DNA of 64,000 nucleotides from Deltaproteobacteria bacterium (GCA_030262895.1 JAJSZW010000002.1:11692-75691), one strand, 5' to 3'; positions 28,135 to 35,899 are shown, counted from the stretch's first letter. Notes: generated by a model from the sequence alone, not told the origin. Numbers and translations: made by a program.

Positions 28135-30237
28135 TTATTCTTCGAGCTCAGATCCGGCTGCAAATTGCCGTATTCTAAAAATCACGAATTCCGCGGGTTT
28201 AACAACTGCCACCGCTATTTCAGTGATCACCTGGCCCAACTCGATTGTCTCTGATGTGTTAGTTTCTGCATTGCATTTGACCCGGAAGGCTTTATTTTCC
28301 GTTTCACCAAAAAGTGCACCTGAACGCCATACTCCACGCAGAAAGCTATTAATATTTCTTTCTATTTTTTTCCATAAATCTAAATTATTCGGCTCAAACA
28401 CAGTCCATTGCGTGCCATCATCTATACTTTTTTCAATGTAATTCATCACCCGACGTACATTGACATAACGCCATTCGGAACTAGTGGAGAGCGTCCTTGC
28501 ACCCCATACATTGAGCCCGGATGCGGGAAAACTTCGGATTACATTAACGCCATTATTATTTAATCCATCTTGTTCAGCCTTGGTGATCACCCGCTCAATC
28601 CCGGCCGCGGATCTTACTCGGCCACTCAAAGTACCAGCGGGTGCTTTATGCACACCACGTTTTTGGTCCGTGTAGGCATATATGCCGGCTATCGCACCTG
28701 ATGGCGGTGCGGGATAAGTTTTCGTTTGTCCGGCTGGAATGATATTGATCCATGGCCAATAATAAGCTGCATAATTGGAAGCATTTAATGAATTGCGAAA
28801 AGCCAGGGTTTCTGTTGAATTTTGCGCAGGTTTCGAATCAACGATACAGAACATGTAACGGCGTTGCTCGCAATAGTTAGTTGCTGCGTCATAGACCTGT
28901 TTCAGGCCAGTGTCTATAGAGGCGGGCGACGCTATTACGGTGGTATCTGTGAACCGAGGAAAAGGTACTGATAAAATGCTGGTATCATCTATACCATCAA
29001 GCGCGAATAAGCCCGTACCACTAGCGGGGTTACCCACGTAATCTGTCGGCGCAAGATCTGCAAGCCCGTCCGGATTAGTGGATGTACCACTCAGGCTTGC
29101 CGCTGCCGTATTTCGCATCGGGACAATACTGTTTGTCCCGGTTACACGGATGTTTTTAGATGCTGCGCCACCCAAATTAATACGGTTCGGCGCATACTCC
29201 CTTAAGTTTACGACTCCCGTGGCAGTCTGTACATTAGACAAATTTTCAAAGCTTTCTAATAGATCACCGTCTCGCGTGACTCTTAGTGTAAAGTCACGTG
29301 AAAGTACTTTACTATTTACCGGAAATTCATGCGTGGTGGTATTTGTGCCCGTGAACACGACTGTTTGACCTTCAACGCGATCTACAATAGCGTATGCCTG
29401 ACTTGCGGGTTCGATAATCCATACCAATTCACCCTCGGGTAAATCCGTTCCGTTTATATCTTGATTACCGGTGGCACCAACAGTCAAATTAGCAAGTGTT
29501 GGTACTATATTCGTTGCCGCATCAATTGGCATGCCTGATGCCCACGCGGTTACCTCAGCCATGAATCTGAAATCCGGTGTAACTACCAAAGAATTTGTTG
29601 CTATAGTATCGTCTGGCGATAGCGGCGTTCCCTCAGGATCTCGGGTGAAGCTACTGCCCGCATCGAATTGCAAGGTGGTACCGCTGTAAGTAACGTAAGC
29701 CAATATCGGATTGACCAACCAAAGCAGTGTACCTCTCTTGATGCCGTCGGCATTTTCTACCGTTATACGATCGAATGTGCCCACAGGCAGTGCAGCGTCC
29801 GAGGATGTACCAAACTTACTCGAATTCTGTATACTGATGGCAAGCGATCTTCCCCATGCTCCCTCATTGGCTGCATTTACGGTTAGTGCCGTGGTATCAC
29901 TTTCATCATTGAATTCGCGACTGGCTGCTTCCGCAGTAAGGCTATTGCGGTCAAGAATATTGCTGTAGTGCGCTATCCGCACCACGTAACAACGGGTGCC
30001 GCCTTCACGAAAAAAGTTTTCCACAGCATATCCCAGATAATACTGTTCCCGAATTAAAAGAGGCCGCCCAAATATTGCGTAAAACTCTGTGAGATTAGTA
30101 ATTAATATGGTCTGGTTAACCGGACCTCGCTCTGCCACCCCAACAAAGGCGCTGGTTGAAGTACTAGCCCCTTCTATGGTGCGAATTCCTGAAGGAATTT
30201 CCTCGACATATACGCCGGGCGCTAAATACTCAGCCAT
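28135..30237 (-). CDS. Tail sheath protein 1, with roughly 190 extra central residues relative to sheath 2
   Basis: MAEYLAPGVYVEEIPSG..., GGTRCYVVR, C-terminal NVWGARTLSTSSEWRYVNVRRVMNYIEKSI...VFEPN...AFRVKCN. Confidence 0.9.
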   Translation of the reverse strand: MAEYLAPGVYVEEIPSGIRTIEGASTSTSAFVGVAERGPVNQTILITNLTEFYAIFGRPLLIREQYYLGYAVENFFREGGTRCYVVRIAHYSNILDRNSLTAEAASREFNDESDTTALTVNAANEGAWGRSLAISIQNSSKFGTSSDAALPVGTFDRITVENADGIKRGTLLWLVNPILAYVTYSGTTLQFDAGSSFTRDPEGTPLSPDDTIATNSLVVTPDFRFMAEVTAWASGMPIDAATNIVPTLANLTVGATGNQDINGTDLPEGELVWIIEPASQAYAIVDRVEGQTVVFTGTNTTTHEFPVNSKVLSRDFTLRVTRDGDLLESFENLSNVQTATGVVNLREYAPNRINLGGAASKNIRVTGTNSIVPMRNTAAASLSGTSTNPDGLADLAPTDYVGNPASGTGLFALDGIDDTSILSVPFPRFTDTTVIASPASIDTGLKQVYDAATNYCEQRRYMFCIVDSKPAQNSTETLAFRNSLNASNYAAYYWPWINIIPAGQTKTYPAPPSGAIAGIYAYTDQKRGVHKAPAGTLSGRVRSAAGIERVITKAEQDGLNNNGVNVIRSFPASGLNVWGARTLSTSSEWRYVNVRRVMNYIEKSIDDGTQWTVFEPNNLDLWKKIERNINSFLRGVWRSGALFGETENKAFRVKCNAETNTSETIELGQVITEIAVAVVKPAEFVIFRIRQFAAGSELEE

Positions 30238-30325
30238 AAAATGATCCTCCTGTTAGTTAACTTTTAGAGTTGCACCGTTGTGCATTTACTCCGTTAAATC
30301 GATAGATGTATCGTTTTTCGTTACA

Positions 30326-30664
30326 TTAAGTGCTGTTTTCTTTATCTTCGTCCTTGCCCCCGGATGGTGTGGCGTCTTTTTTTGTTGAATCTTTACCTTT
30401 AGATGTACTTTTCTTGACCGGCCAGGCAATAGATACAGCATTCTCCCGTTCAAGTTTTTTTAGTGCCCTTGACCTGCAGTCACTCTCAGGGAATTCATAA
30501 ACCTCAGAGGGACCAATCCTTACATATCTGCCACCCGGCAAATGAAGCTGAACCGTATGATTTGTAATATTTCGCGCCTTTAGTTTCTTATCGCGTATAG
30601 TTTTCTTATGTTTTTCAACCGTAGCTTTAGGCTTTGGTTTGGTCTCCGCCTTTGTCTGTGCCAT
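30326..30664 (-). CDS. Lys-rich small protein of unknown function
   Basis: 112-aa ORF with basic K-rich N- and C-terminal tails around a ~60-aa core. AAGGGG sits upstream of the ATG. No family recognised. Confidence 0.45.
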   Translation of the reverse strand: MAQTKAETKPKPKATVEKHKKTIRDKKLKARNITNHTVQLHLPGGRYVRIGPSEVYEFPESDCRSRALKKLERENAVSIAWPVKKSTSKGKDSTKKDATPSGGKDEDKENST

Positions 30665-30679
30665 GAGTTTGCCCCTTTA

Positions 30680-30785
30680 TATAGACTTTCAGATAATTAA
30701 TTTCACTGCGTTATCAGTCGTCGACGTATAACTAATACGCCTTCCTCCTTCTATCCTTGTGAAATTAATTATCTGAAAGTCTATA
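30680..30785. repeat. Perfect 27-bp inverted repeat (arms 30680-30706 and 30759-30785) with a 52-nt spacer
   Basis: tatagactttcagataattaatttcac and its exact reverse complement, checked base by base. It lies between gene 30792..31733 and gene 30326..30664 and ends 15 nt before the downstream ATG. Confidence 0.9.
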
Positions 30786-30791
30786 GCTATC

Positions 30792-31733
30792 TTACATTCT
30801 CGTTAAATGTATGGTTTGAACCGTTTCCATTTGGGTTGTTAAATCAATATCAAGTGGAGAAATTGCGGCATAATTCGGTGCCGTTACGCTTAGTGTGATA
30901 TTGTCGATATCAAGATCCAGTCTTTCTGGAAAATATAAAACAAAACACCCCCTGCTATTTACGATCCTTTGGATATCATTGCTTGTTCCAATAACACGTT
31001 TATTTACACCGTTTTGGATTGAGTAAACACGAACGGTATTATTTGCCGCAGTACCCACATCTTCTGCATTTATATTGTGCGAGTTAACACGCGTGATCTC
31101 CACTTGCGCGTTTGGAATAGCTTGATCTGTAGCGGCATCGCGTACCGATCCAATTAGTCTCCGAAGTTGTTTACCAAATGCATAATGTGGTGCTGGTTTC
31201 AGGCGAATAACTCTTTCGCCGATAAATCTAATAATATCGTTTGTGCGTATTCGGGATGCTCCGCTTCCTACTTCATCCAAAGTCGCTTCGCCCACTGATT
31301 CGCCTTCGAGGATAGTAGCTAAAGCACCCAAACGCCTACTCGATATCATCTGTGTACCCGCAACAATTGGATGATAGAAATGACGATTGGCGAATGACAC
31401 TGTTTCAGTGGATGTATCTGAGCCTTGAACGGACAAAAGCAGTTCGTTTTGCCCTGAAATATTTAGTACTGATTTGTCAGTTACCAGTAGCGGCATAGTT
31501 AGGTTATGCTCAAAGCTTTGATAGGATTGTGCTTTAATTGACAACTTATATGCCCCGTCCGGTACATCAGTTAACACGTAAAATCCATCTTGTTTTTTTA
31601 TTGCAGAATGAACACGATCATTGCCACCTATGCTGCTGAGCAAAACATTTCCATTCGTTACTATATTTGAACTTAAATCATCCACGAGCTTAACCGCTAA
31701 GGATACTACCCTGATTTTGGTCTCCAAAAACAA
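30792..31733 (-). CDS. Protein with two carboxypeptidase-regulatory-like beta-sandwich domains; first gene of the CIS block
   Basis: DGFYVLTDVPDGAYKLSIKAQSYQS and VRDAATDQAIPNAQVEITRV...GCFVLYFP...ITLSVTAPNYAA resemble CarboxypepD_reg-type domains. Confidence 0.45.
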   Translation of the reverse strand: MFLETKIRVVSLAVKLVDDLSSNIVTNGNVLLSSIGGNDRVHSAIKKQDGFYVLTDVPDGAYKLSIKAQSYQSFEHNLTMPLLVTDKSVLNISGQNELLLSVQGSDTSTETVSFANRHFYHPIVAGTQMISSRRLGALATILEGESVGEATLDEVGSGASRIRTNDIIRFIGERVIRLKPAPHYAFGKQLRRLIGSVRDAATDQAIPNAQVEITRVNSHNINAEDVGTAANNTVRVYSIQNGVNKRVIGTSNDIQRIVNSRGCFVLYFPERLDLDIDNITLSVTAPNYAAISPLDIDLTTQMETVQTIHLTRM

Positions 31734-31761
31734 TTAATGGCACCCTCTTTCTATCGCATTT

Positions 31762-31924
31762 AACCTAAGTTGAGCGATTTTTTGCGAAGATATGTGCTGA
31801 GATCTTGATGCATAAGGATTTGCAAAAACCGCAGGCATACCCGTGGATATGTCGAGGATTTTTGCGAAGCTTTTATGGGCAAGAGATCGGCGCAGATCAA
31901 GTAAAAAATCGCTCAATTTAGGTT
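31762..31924. repeat. 22-bp inverted repeat (one mismatch) flanking ~120 bp, immediately upstream of the first CIS gene
   Basis: aacctaagttgagcgatttttt (31762-31783) pairs with aaaaaatcgctcaatttaggtt (31903-31924). An internal direct repeat gatttttgcgaag is also present. Confidence 0.8.
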
Positions 31925-32044
31925 TAAGTTAGCTGTCTTCACACTTTGCCTAAAAACTGTTCATGCTCTAATTAATTTGCAATGTCACTCGAAGACTCAG
32001 TGCCCGATGTCTCAGATCGTCTCCGCAAAAACAAAAAATTGAAC

Positions 32045-32296
32045 TCACTGGATCTCCTTGGCTATCAATTCGCCTTGAATGACCCCAAAGGCCCGCTCAT
32101 AACGATCTATAGACTCCCGGAGCGTTTCTAAAAAGGCATTCGCATAGACCGGACTTGTGACTATCCTGGTGCATAGCTCCGCTTTCTCGCTTCCCTGATA
32201 AAACTGGCCGAAATCAAGCACGAATTCGAAGGCGTTGTGGCCGACCTTGAAGTAGTTGGCGTATCGTCCCTCAAGCTTTCCACCTTTTTTGTCCAA
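32045..32296 (-). CDS. DUF3467-family small protein
   Basis: EGRYANYFKVGHNAFEFVLDFGQ matches my recollection of the DUF3467 signature. TTG start is preceded by GAGGAG with a 6-nt spacer. Confidence 0.6.
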   Translation of the reverse strand: MDKKGGKLEGRYANYFKVGHNAFEFVLDFGQFYQGSEKAELCTRIVTSPVYANAFLETLRESIDRYERAFGVIQGELIAKEIQ

Positions 32297-32354
32297 TCAA
32301 AACTCCTCAAAATAATCATGACCCGTTGTTTTCTCTCTACTACTTTTCTATTTA

Positions 32355-32369
32355 GCAATATAAGTGCCA
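32355..32369 (-). promoter_or_regulatory. Sigma-54 (-24/-12) promoter reading leftwards into the DUF3467 gene and possibly the CIS operon
   Basis: The minus strand reads TGGCAC-ttata-TTGC, an exact GG-N10-GC consensus core, about 47 nt upstream of the RBS and start of ORF 32045..32296. Confidence 0.7.
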
Positions 32370-32464
32370 GGTGTTACTCGTCATGGGAATTCATCCACAA
32401 ATGGAGACAGGACAAGAGTTTTGGCGGGATGCGGTCATTTAGGCTTGAACTCATTATACGAGAA

Positions 32465-32486
32465 GTGTAACAGGTTAATGTTACAC
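32465..32486. promoter_or_regulatory. Palindromic UAS-like site GTGTAACA-N6-TGTTACAC, about 100 bp upstream of the sigma-54 promoter
   Basis: Seen directly in the sequence. The same half-sites recur at 32628-32655. Confidence 0.4.
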
Positions 32487-32614
32487 AATTCAGGTTGACT
32501 CAAGAAAAAAGAGGGAATGCGAAGGCACAAAGGAATAGGATGAAGTGTCAAAAGGTGCGGGAAATCGATGGTTTAATCGGAACGGAAGGGTGAGAATAAA
32601 AGGGGGGAGTGAGG

Positions 32615-32655
32615 TGTCACATCATTATGTAACAGCCAAGGGTCATAATGTTACA
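32615..32655. promoter_or_regulatory. Second UAS-like cluster: TGTCACA, then TGTAACA-N14-TGTTACA
   Basis: Half-sites are identical to those at 32465-32486. It lies ~260-300 bp upstream of the sigma-54 promoter, just downstream of the activator gene stop. Confidence 0.35.
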
Positions 32656-32680
32656 GTATTTTGCTGATAAGATAGTCCAT

Positions 32681-34018
32681 TTATTGTGAGCTACTTATAT
32701 GGTATTTCGCCATCTTACGGTAAAGGGTCATCCGGGACCAGTGGAGTTTCTGGGCTGCCTTGCTTTTGTTCCACTTGGTGGCGAAGAGGACGGAAAGGAC
32801 CCTGTCTCGTTCCTTTTCCTGAAGCCATTCTGTTTCCTCGAATCGCCTCTGGAACGTCTTCGGCAGGTCCATTAAGGCGATCTTCCAGGAAGAGAGGTTG
32901 ATAAAGGTGGCCTCGATGAGGTTCTTCAGCTCGCGCACATTGCCAGGCCAATCGTAGCGGAACAGTAAATCCAAGGCTTCTTCTGTGAAGCCTTCGACTT
33001 CGCGGCCGAACCGCTGATTGAACTTGCTGATGTAGTGCTTCAGCAAGGAAGGAATGTCCTCCTTCCGGTCGCGTAAAGGGGGCAGGTGGATCCGGGCCAC
33101 ATTGAGCCGGTAATAGAGGTCTTTTCTGAAGTTGCCTTTTTCCATCAATTGTTCCAGGTCGCTATTTGTCGCACCGATAACCCGGACGTTTATGGGGATT
33201 GCCCCCTTGCCCCCAAGACGGCAAACCTCTTTTTTTTCGGTAGTTCTCAGGATCTTCATCTGCGCATAAGGGCTCATGTCGCCGATCTCGTCCAGAAATA
33301 CGGTTCCACCCTCGGCCAACTCGAATTTACCTCGTTTCGAAGCAACGGCCCCTGTAAAGGCCCCTCGTTCGTAACCAAACATCTCGCTTTCTACCAGGCT
33401 CTCTGGAAGGGCTGCGCAGTTGATACATACAAGAGGCTTCTTATGCCTCGGGCTGTTCTGGTGGATCAACTCGGCTACCAGCTCCTTGCCTGTGCCGGTC
33501 TCGCCTGTGATAAGGACGGTGCAGTCTGTCGTGGCAACATTAATGAGATAAGCCTTGATTTCTCGCATTGCCGCACTGTCACCGATCATCGGCTCGTTAA
33601 TACCTGTTTCCGAAAGGCTTCTCTTATGGTACGAAAGGTTTCGATTGACACTTGCTATCAATTCCTCGTACGAGACGGGCCATTTGAAATAATCCGTGAC
33701 CCCAGCCCTTAAAGCCGCAATAACCAGCGCTTCAGAGCTATTTCTGGCGATCAGGAAGAGCGGGACTTCTCTGTCCTGCCGGCGGATCTGCGCTACTGTC
33801 TTCAGTCCATCCATGCTATTGTCGCCAAAAGAGCCTATGATCACGAGATCCAGATTCCCGGCTTGGAAAAACCGGAGGACACTTGTTTGGTCCAAGGCTT
33901 CGATGACCTCAAATCCATGGTGAAATAAACGACCTTTAAGATCTTTACACAAGATCTCATCCCCTTCAGCGATCAATATTGCCGGATTATTCATGAGCCA
34001 CCTCCCTGTGAAAGTCAT
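32681..34018 (-). CDS. NtrC-family sigma-54-dependent response regulator (receiver + AAA+ + Fis-type HTH)
   Basis: Receiver ILIAEGDE...DLVIIG. Walker A GETGTGKE. GAFTGA loop (ERGAFTGA). C-terminal HTH KAAQKLHWSRMTLYRKMAKY. The probable true start is MNNPAIL at 33994. Confidence 0.9.
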   Translation of the reverse strand: MTFTGRWLMNNPAILIAEGDEILCKDLKGRLFHHGFEVIEALDQTSVLRFFQAGNLDLVIIGSFGDNSMDGLKTVAQIRRQDREVPLFLIARNSSEALVIAALRAGVTDYFKWPVSYEELIASVNRNLSYHKRSLSETGINEPMIGDSAAMREIKAYLINVATTDCTVLITGETGTGKELVAELIHQNSPRHKKPLVCINCAALPESLVESEMFGYERGAFTGAVASKRGKFELAEGGTVFLDEIGDMSPYAQMKILRTTEKKEVCRLGGKGAIPINVRVIGATNSDLEQLMEKGNFRKDLYYRLNVARIHLPPLRDRKEDIPSLLKHYISKFNQRFGREVEGFTEEALDLLFRYDWPGNVRELKNLIEATFINLSSWKIALMDLPKTFQRRFEETEWLQEKERDRVLSVLFATKWNKSKAAQKLHWSRMTLYRKMAKYHISSSQ

Positions 34019-34090
34019 GTGTTAATAAATCCTGACGAAGTAATGCTTGATTCTCCTTTTTGTTTTTTTGTTAACTGAAAATGTTGTTGA

Positions 34091-34105
34091 GCGAATATTG
34101 TGCCA
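34091..34105 (-). promoter_or_regulatory. Weaker sigma-54-like promoter upstream of the activator gene
   Basis: The minus strand reads TGGCAC-aatat-TCGC. GG-N10-GC spacing is kept but the -12 box is TCGC rather than TTGC. Confidence 0.3.
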
Positions 34106-34228
34106 GGGTGAAGAAAGCCAGAGAACAGTTGCGCCTATATGATTGTAACATATTGATATACAAATATATTGTTGCTTGAACTCAGCGTTCCTGGTAAGTC
34201 GTAGAACGAAGGAAAAACTGTGCCAGTT

Positions 34229-34330
34229 GTCAAGTACGAACTCGAAGTTGTGGTGGCCGACCTTGAAGTAGTTGGGGTATCGTCCCTCAAGCTTTGTGTC
34301 ATTCCGAAAGGCCTCAGATTCATAGTTCAT
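34229..34330 (-). pseudogene. Truncated duplicate of the DUF3467 gene (first ~34 codons only)
   Basis: KLEGRYPNYFKVGHHNFEFVLD compares with KLEGRYANYFKVGHNAFEFVLD in ORF 32045..32296. Nucleotide identity is obvious over ~65 bp (ggccgaccttgaagtagttgg.gtatcgtccctcaagcttt). The rest of track ORF 34022..34330 has no similarity. Confidence 0.6.
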
Positions 34331-34628
34331 TAGCGCCTCGGTGTCCTATGAGTTTCATAGACTCATAAAAAAACAAATTTAACCCCAGTACGATAGTTTC
34401 TACACACGTACACACGGGGCAGGGCAGGCAAAATTGAACGTTTTTCGAAAGTATTTATTAATTCAGCAAGTTGCAGAGAGATAAATAGAAATAAAATATT
34501 ATTTTTAACAATATATGAATCTCATTAATATGTCAAATAAATTCAAAGGCGCAACGTGTTCCGGCAAACTCGATACTTGCAGGATTTAGGTTGCACGCCA
34601 AAATAATCTGTGCTAATTTTAAATTATT

Positions 34629-34961
34629 ATGAAACAATATATTATTGATGATCTAAGACTCGGAGAATACGAAAAGATTAAGACTTATCTGGATGAGAAC
34701 GTTGGTTCTTCAAAGATAGATGGAATATACTGGATACAGCTTGATGAAAATATCCTGACTGACATTCAGGCTGAACATAAAGAATGCCGGCCATTTTATT
34801 TTGCAATAGATATAGAACCTGACCGTGTATCTTGTGAACTTCTTGTAAGATCCAGAAGTACAATAAAATGCAATTGTACAAGCTATGCAACCGAATCACA
34901 GCGCAACTGGATTATTCAGTTTGCCGACTCAATATTCGAAAAACTGGAAATAACGACTTAG
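34629..34961 (+). CDS. Hypothetical protein (110 aa)
   Basis: Clean ORF with backbone-like AT-rich codon usage. No motif recognised. Confidence 0.45.
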   Translation: MKQYIIDDLRLGEYEKIKTYLDENVGSSKIDGIYWIQLDENILTDIQAEHKECRPFYFAIDIEPDRVSCELLVRSRSTIKCNCTSYATESQRNWIIQFADSIFEKLEITT

Positions 34962-34967
34962 GTGACG

Positions 34968-35168
34968 GTTCACGGTTGCTCAAAACATAAAACTGTTAAC
35001 TGTAAAGAGACCTTTGAAAAATGCTCAATTTTGTTCAAGTTTAAGGAAGGCGAAAATTTTAAATGTAGGAATACATTGAGTATTTCGAGGCTTAAAATTT
35101 GAGTCTGACGCCGAAATTGGGCAAAAGGGGGCGTTTTGCAAAGGTCTCGTGAACCGACAACCGTGAAC
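34968..35168. repeat. MITE-like nested inverted repeat
   Basis: Outer arms are gttcacggttg / caaccgtgaac. Inner arms are gagacctttgaaaaatgc (35007-35024) and gcgttttgcaaaggtctc (35131-35148), 16 of 18 complementary. Confidence 0.7.
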
Positions 35169-35179
35169 TATTACTATAT

Positions 35180-35899
35180 ATGATACGAACCCTGATTATT
35201 GCAATATTTGCTCTTCCTGCTACAGTCTTCTTCAGCAGCCTAACCATACTTGCATCGTTTATAAATAAAAATAGCGATCTGGCTTATAATTGTACAAAAG
35301 CATGGGCTAAATTTGTGCTTATTGTTAGCCGCATTAAAGTAACCGTCGATGGCGTTTACAACTTACGACCTGACAGGTCTTATATATACATGTCTAACCA
35401 CCAGAGCAACTTTGATATTCCCGTTGCTCTGGCTCATCTTCCTTTTAAGTTCAGATGGGTTGCAAAAGCAGAACTTTTCAAGATACCGATTTTCGGTTAT
35501 GCGATGCATAGGATTGGACATATAAATATTGACCGATCAAATCGCAGAGCTGCTTTTAAAAGCTTAAAAAAGGCTGCAAAAAATATCCGGGAAGGAATTT
35601 CCGTATTAATCTATCCCGAGGGTACACGCAGCAAAGATGGTAATATCAGGCCATTTAAAAATGGTGGGTTTGTTTTAGCAGTGGAATCCGGCGTTCCGAT
35701 AGTTCCTGTAATAATACACGGAACATGGCCTATCTTGCCAAAGGATAAAATAATTATAAGGCCGGGAAATGTTACTATAGAAATCAAAGAACCTATTGAA
35801 ACAAAAAATTATACTAGAAAAACTAAAGACGAGCTTCTGAAAAAAGTAAGAAATATCATTTGCGAATCTTTTGAGAAGGGAAAAAGAGACACATTATGA
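35180..35899 (+). CDS. plsC: 1-acyl-sn-glycerol-3-phosphate acyltransferase
   Basis: NHQSNFD (HX4D) and YPEGTRS motifs, with an N-terminal TM segment. Confidence 0.85.
   Translation: MIRTLIIAIFALPATVFFSSLTILASFINKNSDLAYNCTKAWAKFVLIVSRIKVTVDGVYNLRPDRSYIYMSNHQSNFDIPVALAHLPFKFRWVAKAELFKIPIFGYAMHRIGHINIDRSNRRAAFKSLKKAAKNIREGISVLIYPEGTRSKDGNIRPFKNGGFVLAVESGVPIVPVIIHGTWPILPKDKIIIRPGNVTIEIKEPIETKNYTRKTKDELLKKVRNIICESFEKGKRDTL

Noticed and set aside
30238-30325. Search for a dedicated promoter (sigma-54 or sigma-70) directly upstream of sheath 1
   Set aside because: No GG-N10-GC box or convincing -35/-10 pair was found here or in 31734-32044. Transcription is therefore provisionally attributed to the 32355-32369 promoter, which needs experimental confirmation.
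31737-31751. TGGCAC-N5-TTCT on the plus strand (possible sigma-54 box)
   Set aside because: The -12 element lacks the conserved GC. It points rightwards, where there is no plus-strand gene for kilobases.
31734-31916. 60-aa minus-strand ORF between the DUF3467 gene and the first CIS gene
   Set aside because: It is translated almost entirely from the 22-bp inverted repeat and internal direct repeats. It has no RBS and no recognisable motif, so it is treated as non-coding structured sequence.
34022-34330. 102-aa track ORF upstream of the sigma-54 activator, considered as an intact gene
   Set aside because: Only the first ~34 codons resemble the DUF3467 gene. The remainder is AT-rich read-through with no similarity and contains the candidate activator promoter. 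It is called a pseudogene fragment instead.
34558-34571. The 14-mer gttccggcaaactc near the CIS island boundary, whose reverse complement occurs at 55749-55762 near the second islet boundary. Both are followed ~9 nt later by aggattta. It was considered as a possible att-like repeat.
   Set aside because: A 14-bp match is expected by chance several times in 64 kb on two strands. The orientation is inverted. The intervening segment is housekeeping backbone rather than an island. It is noted only as a curiosity.
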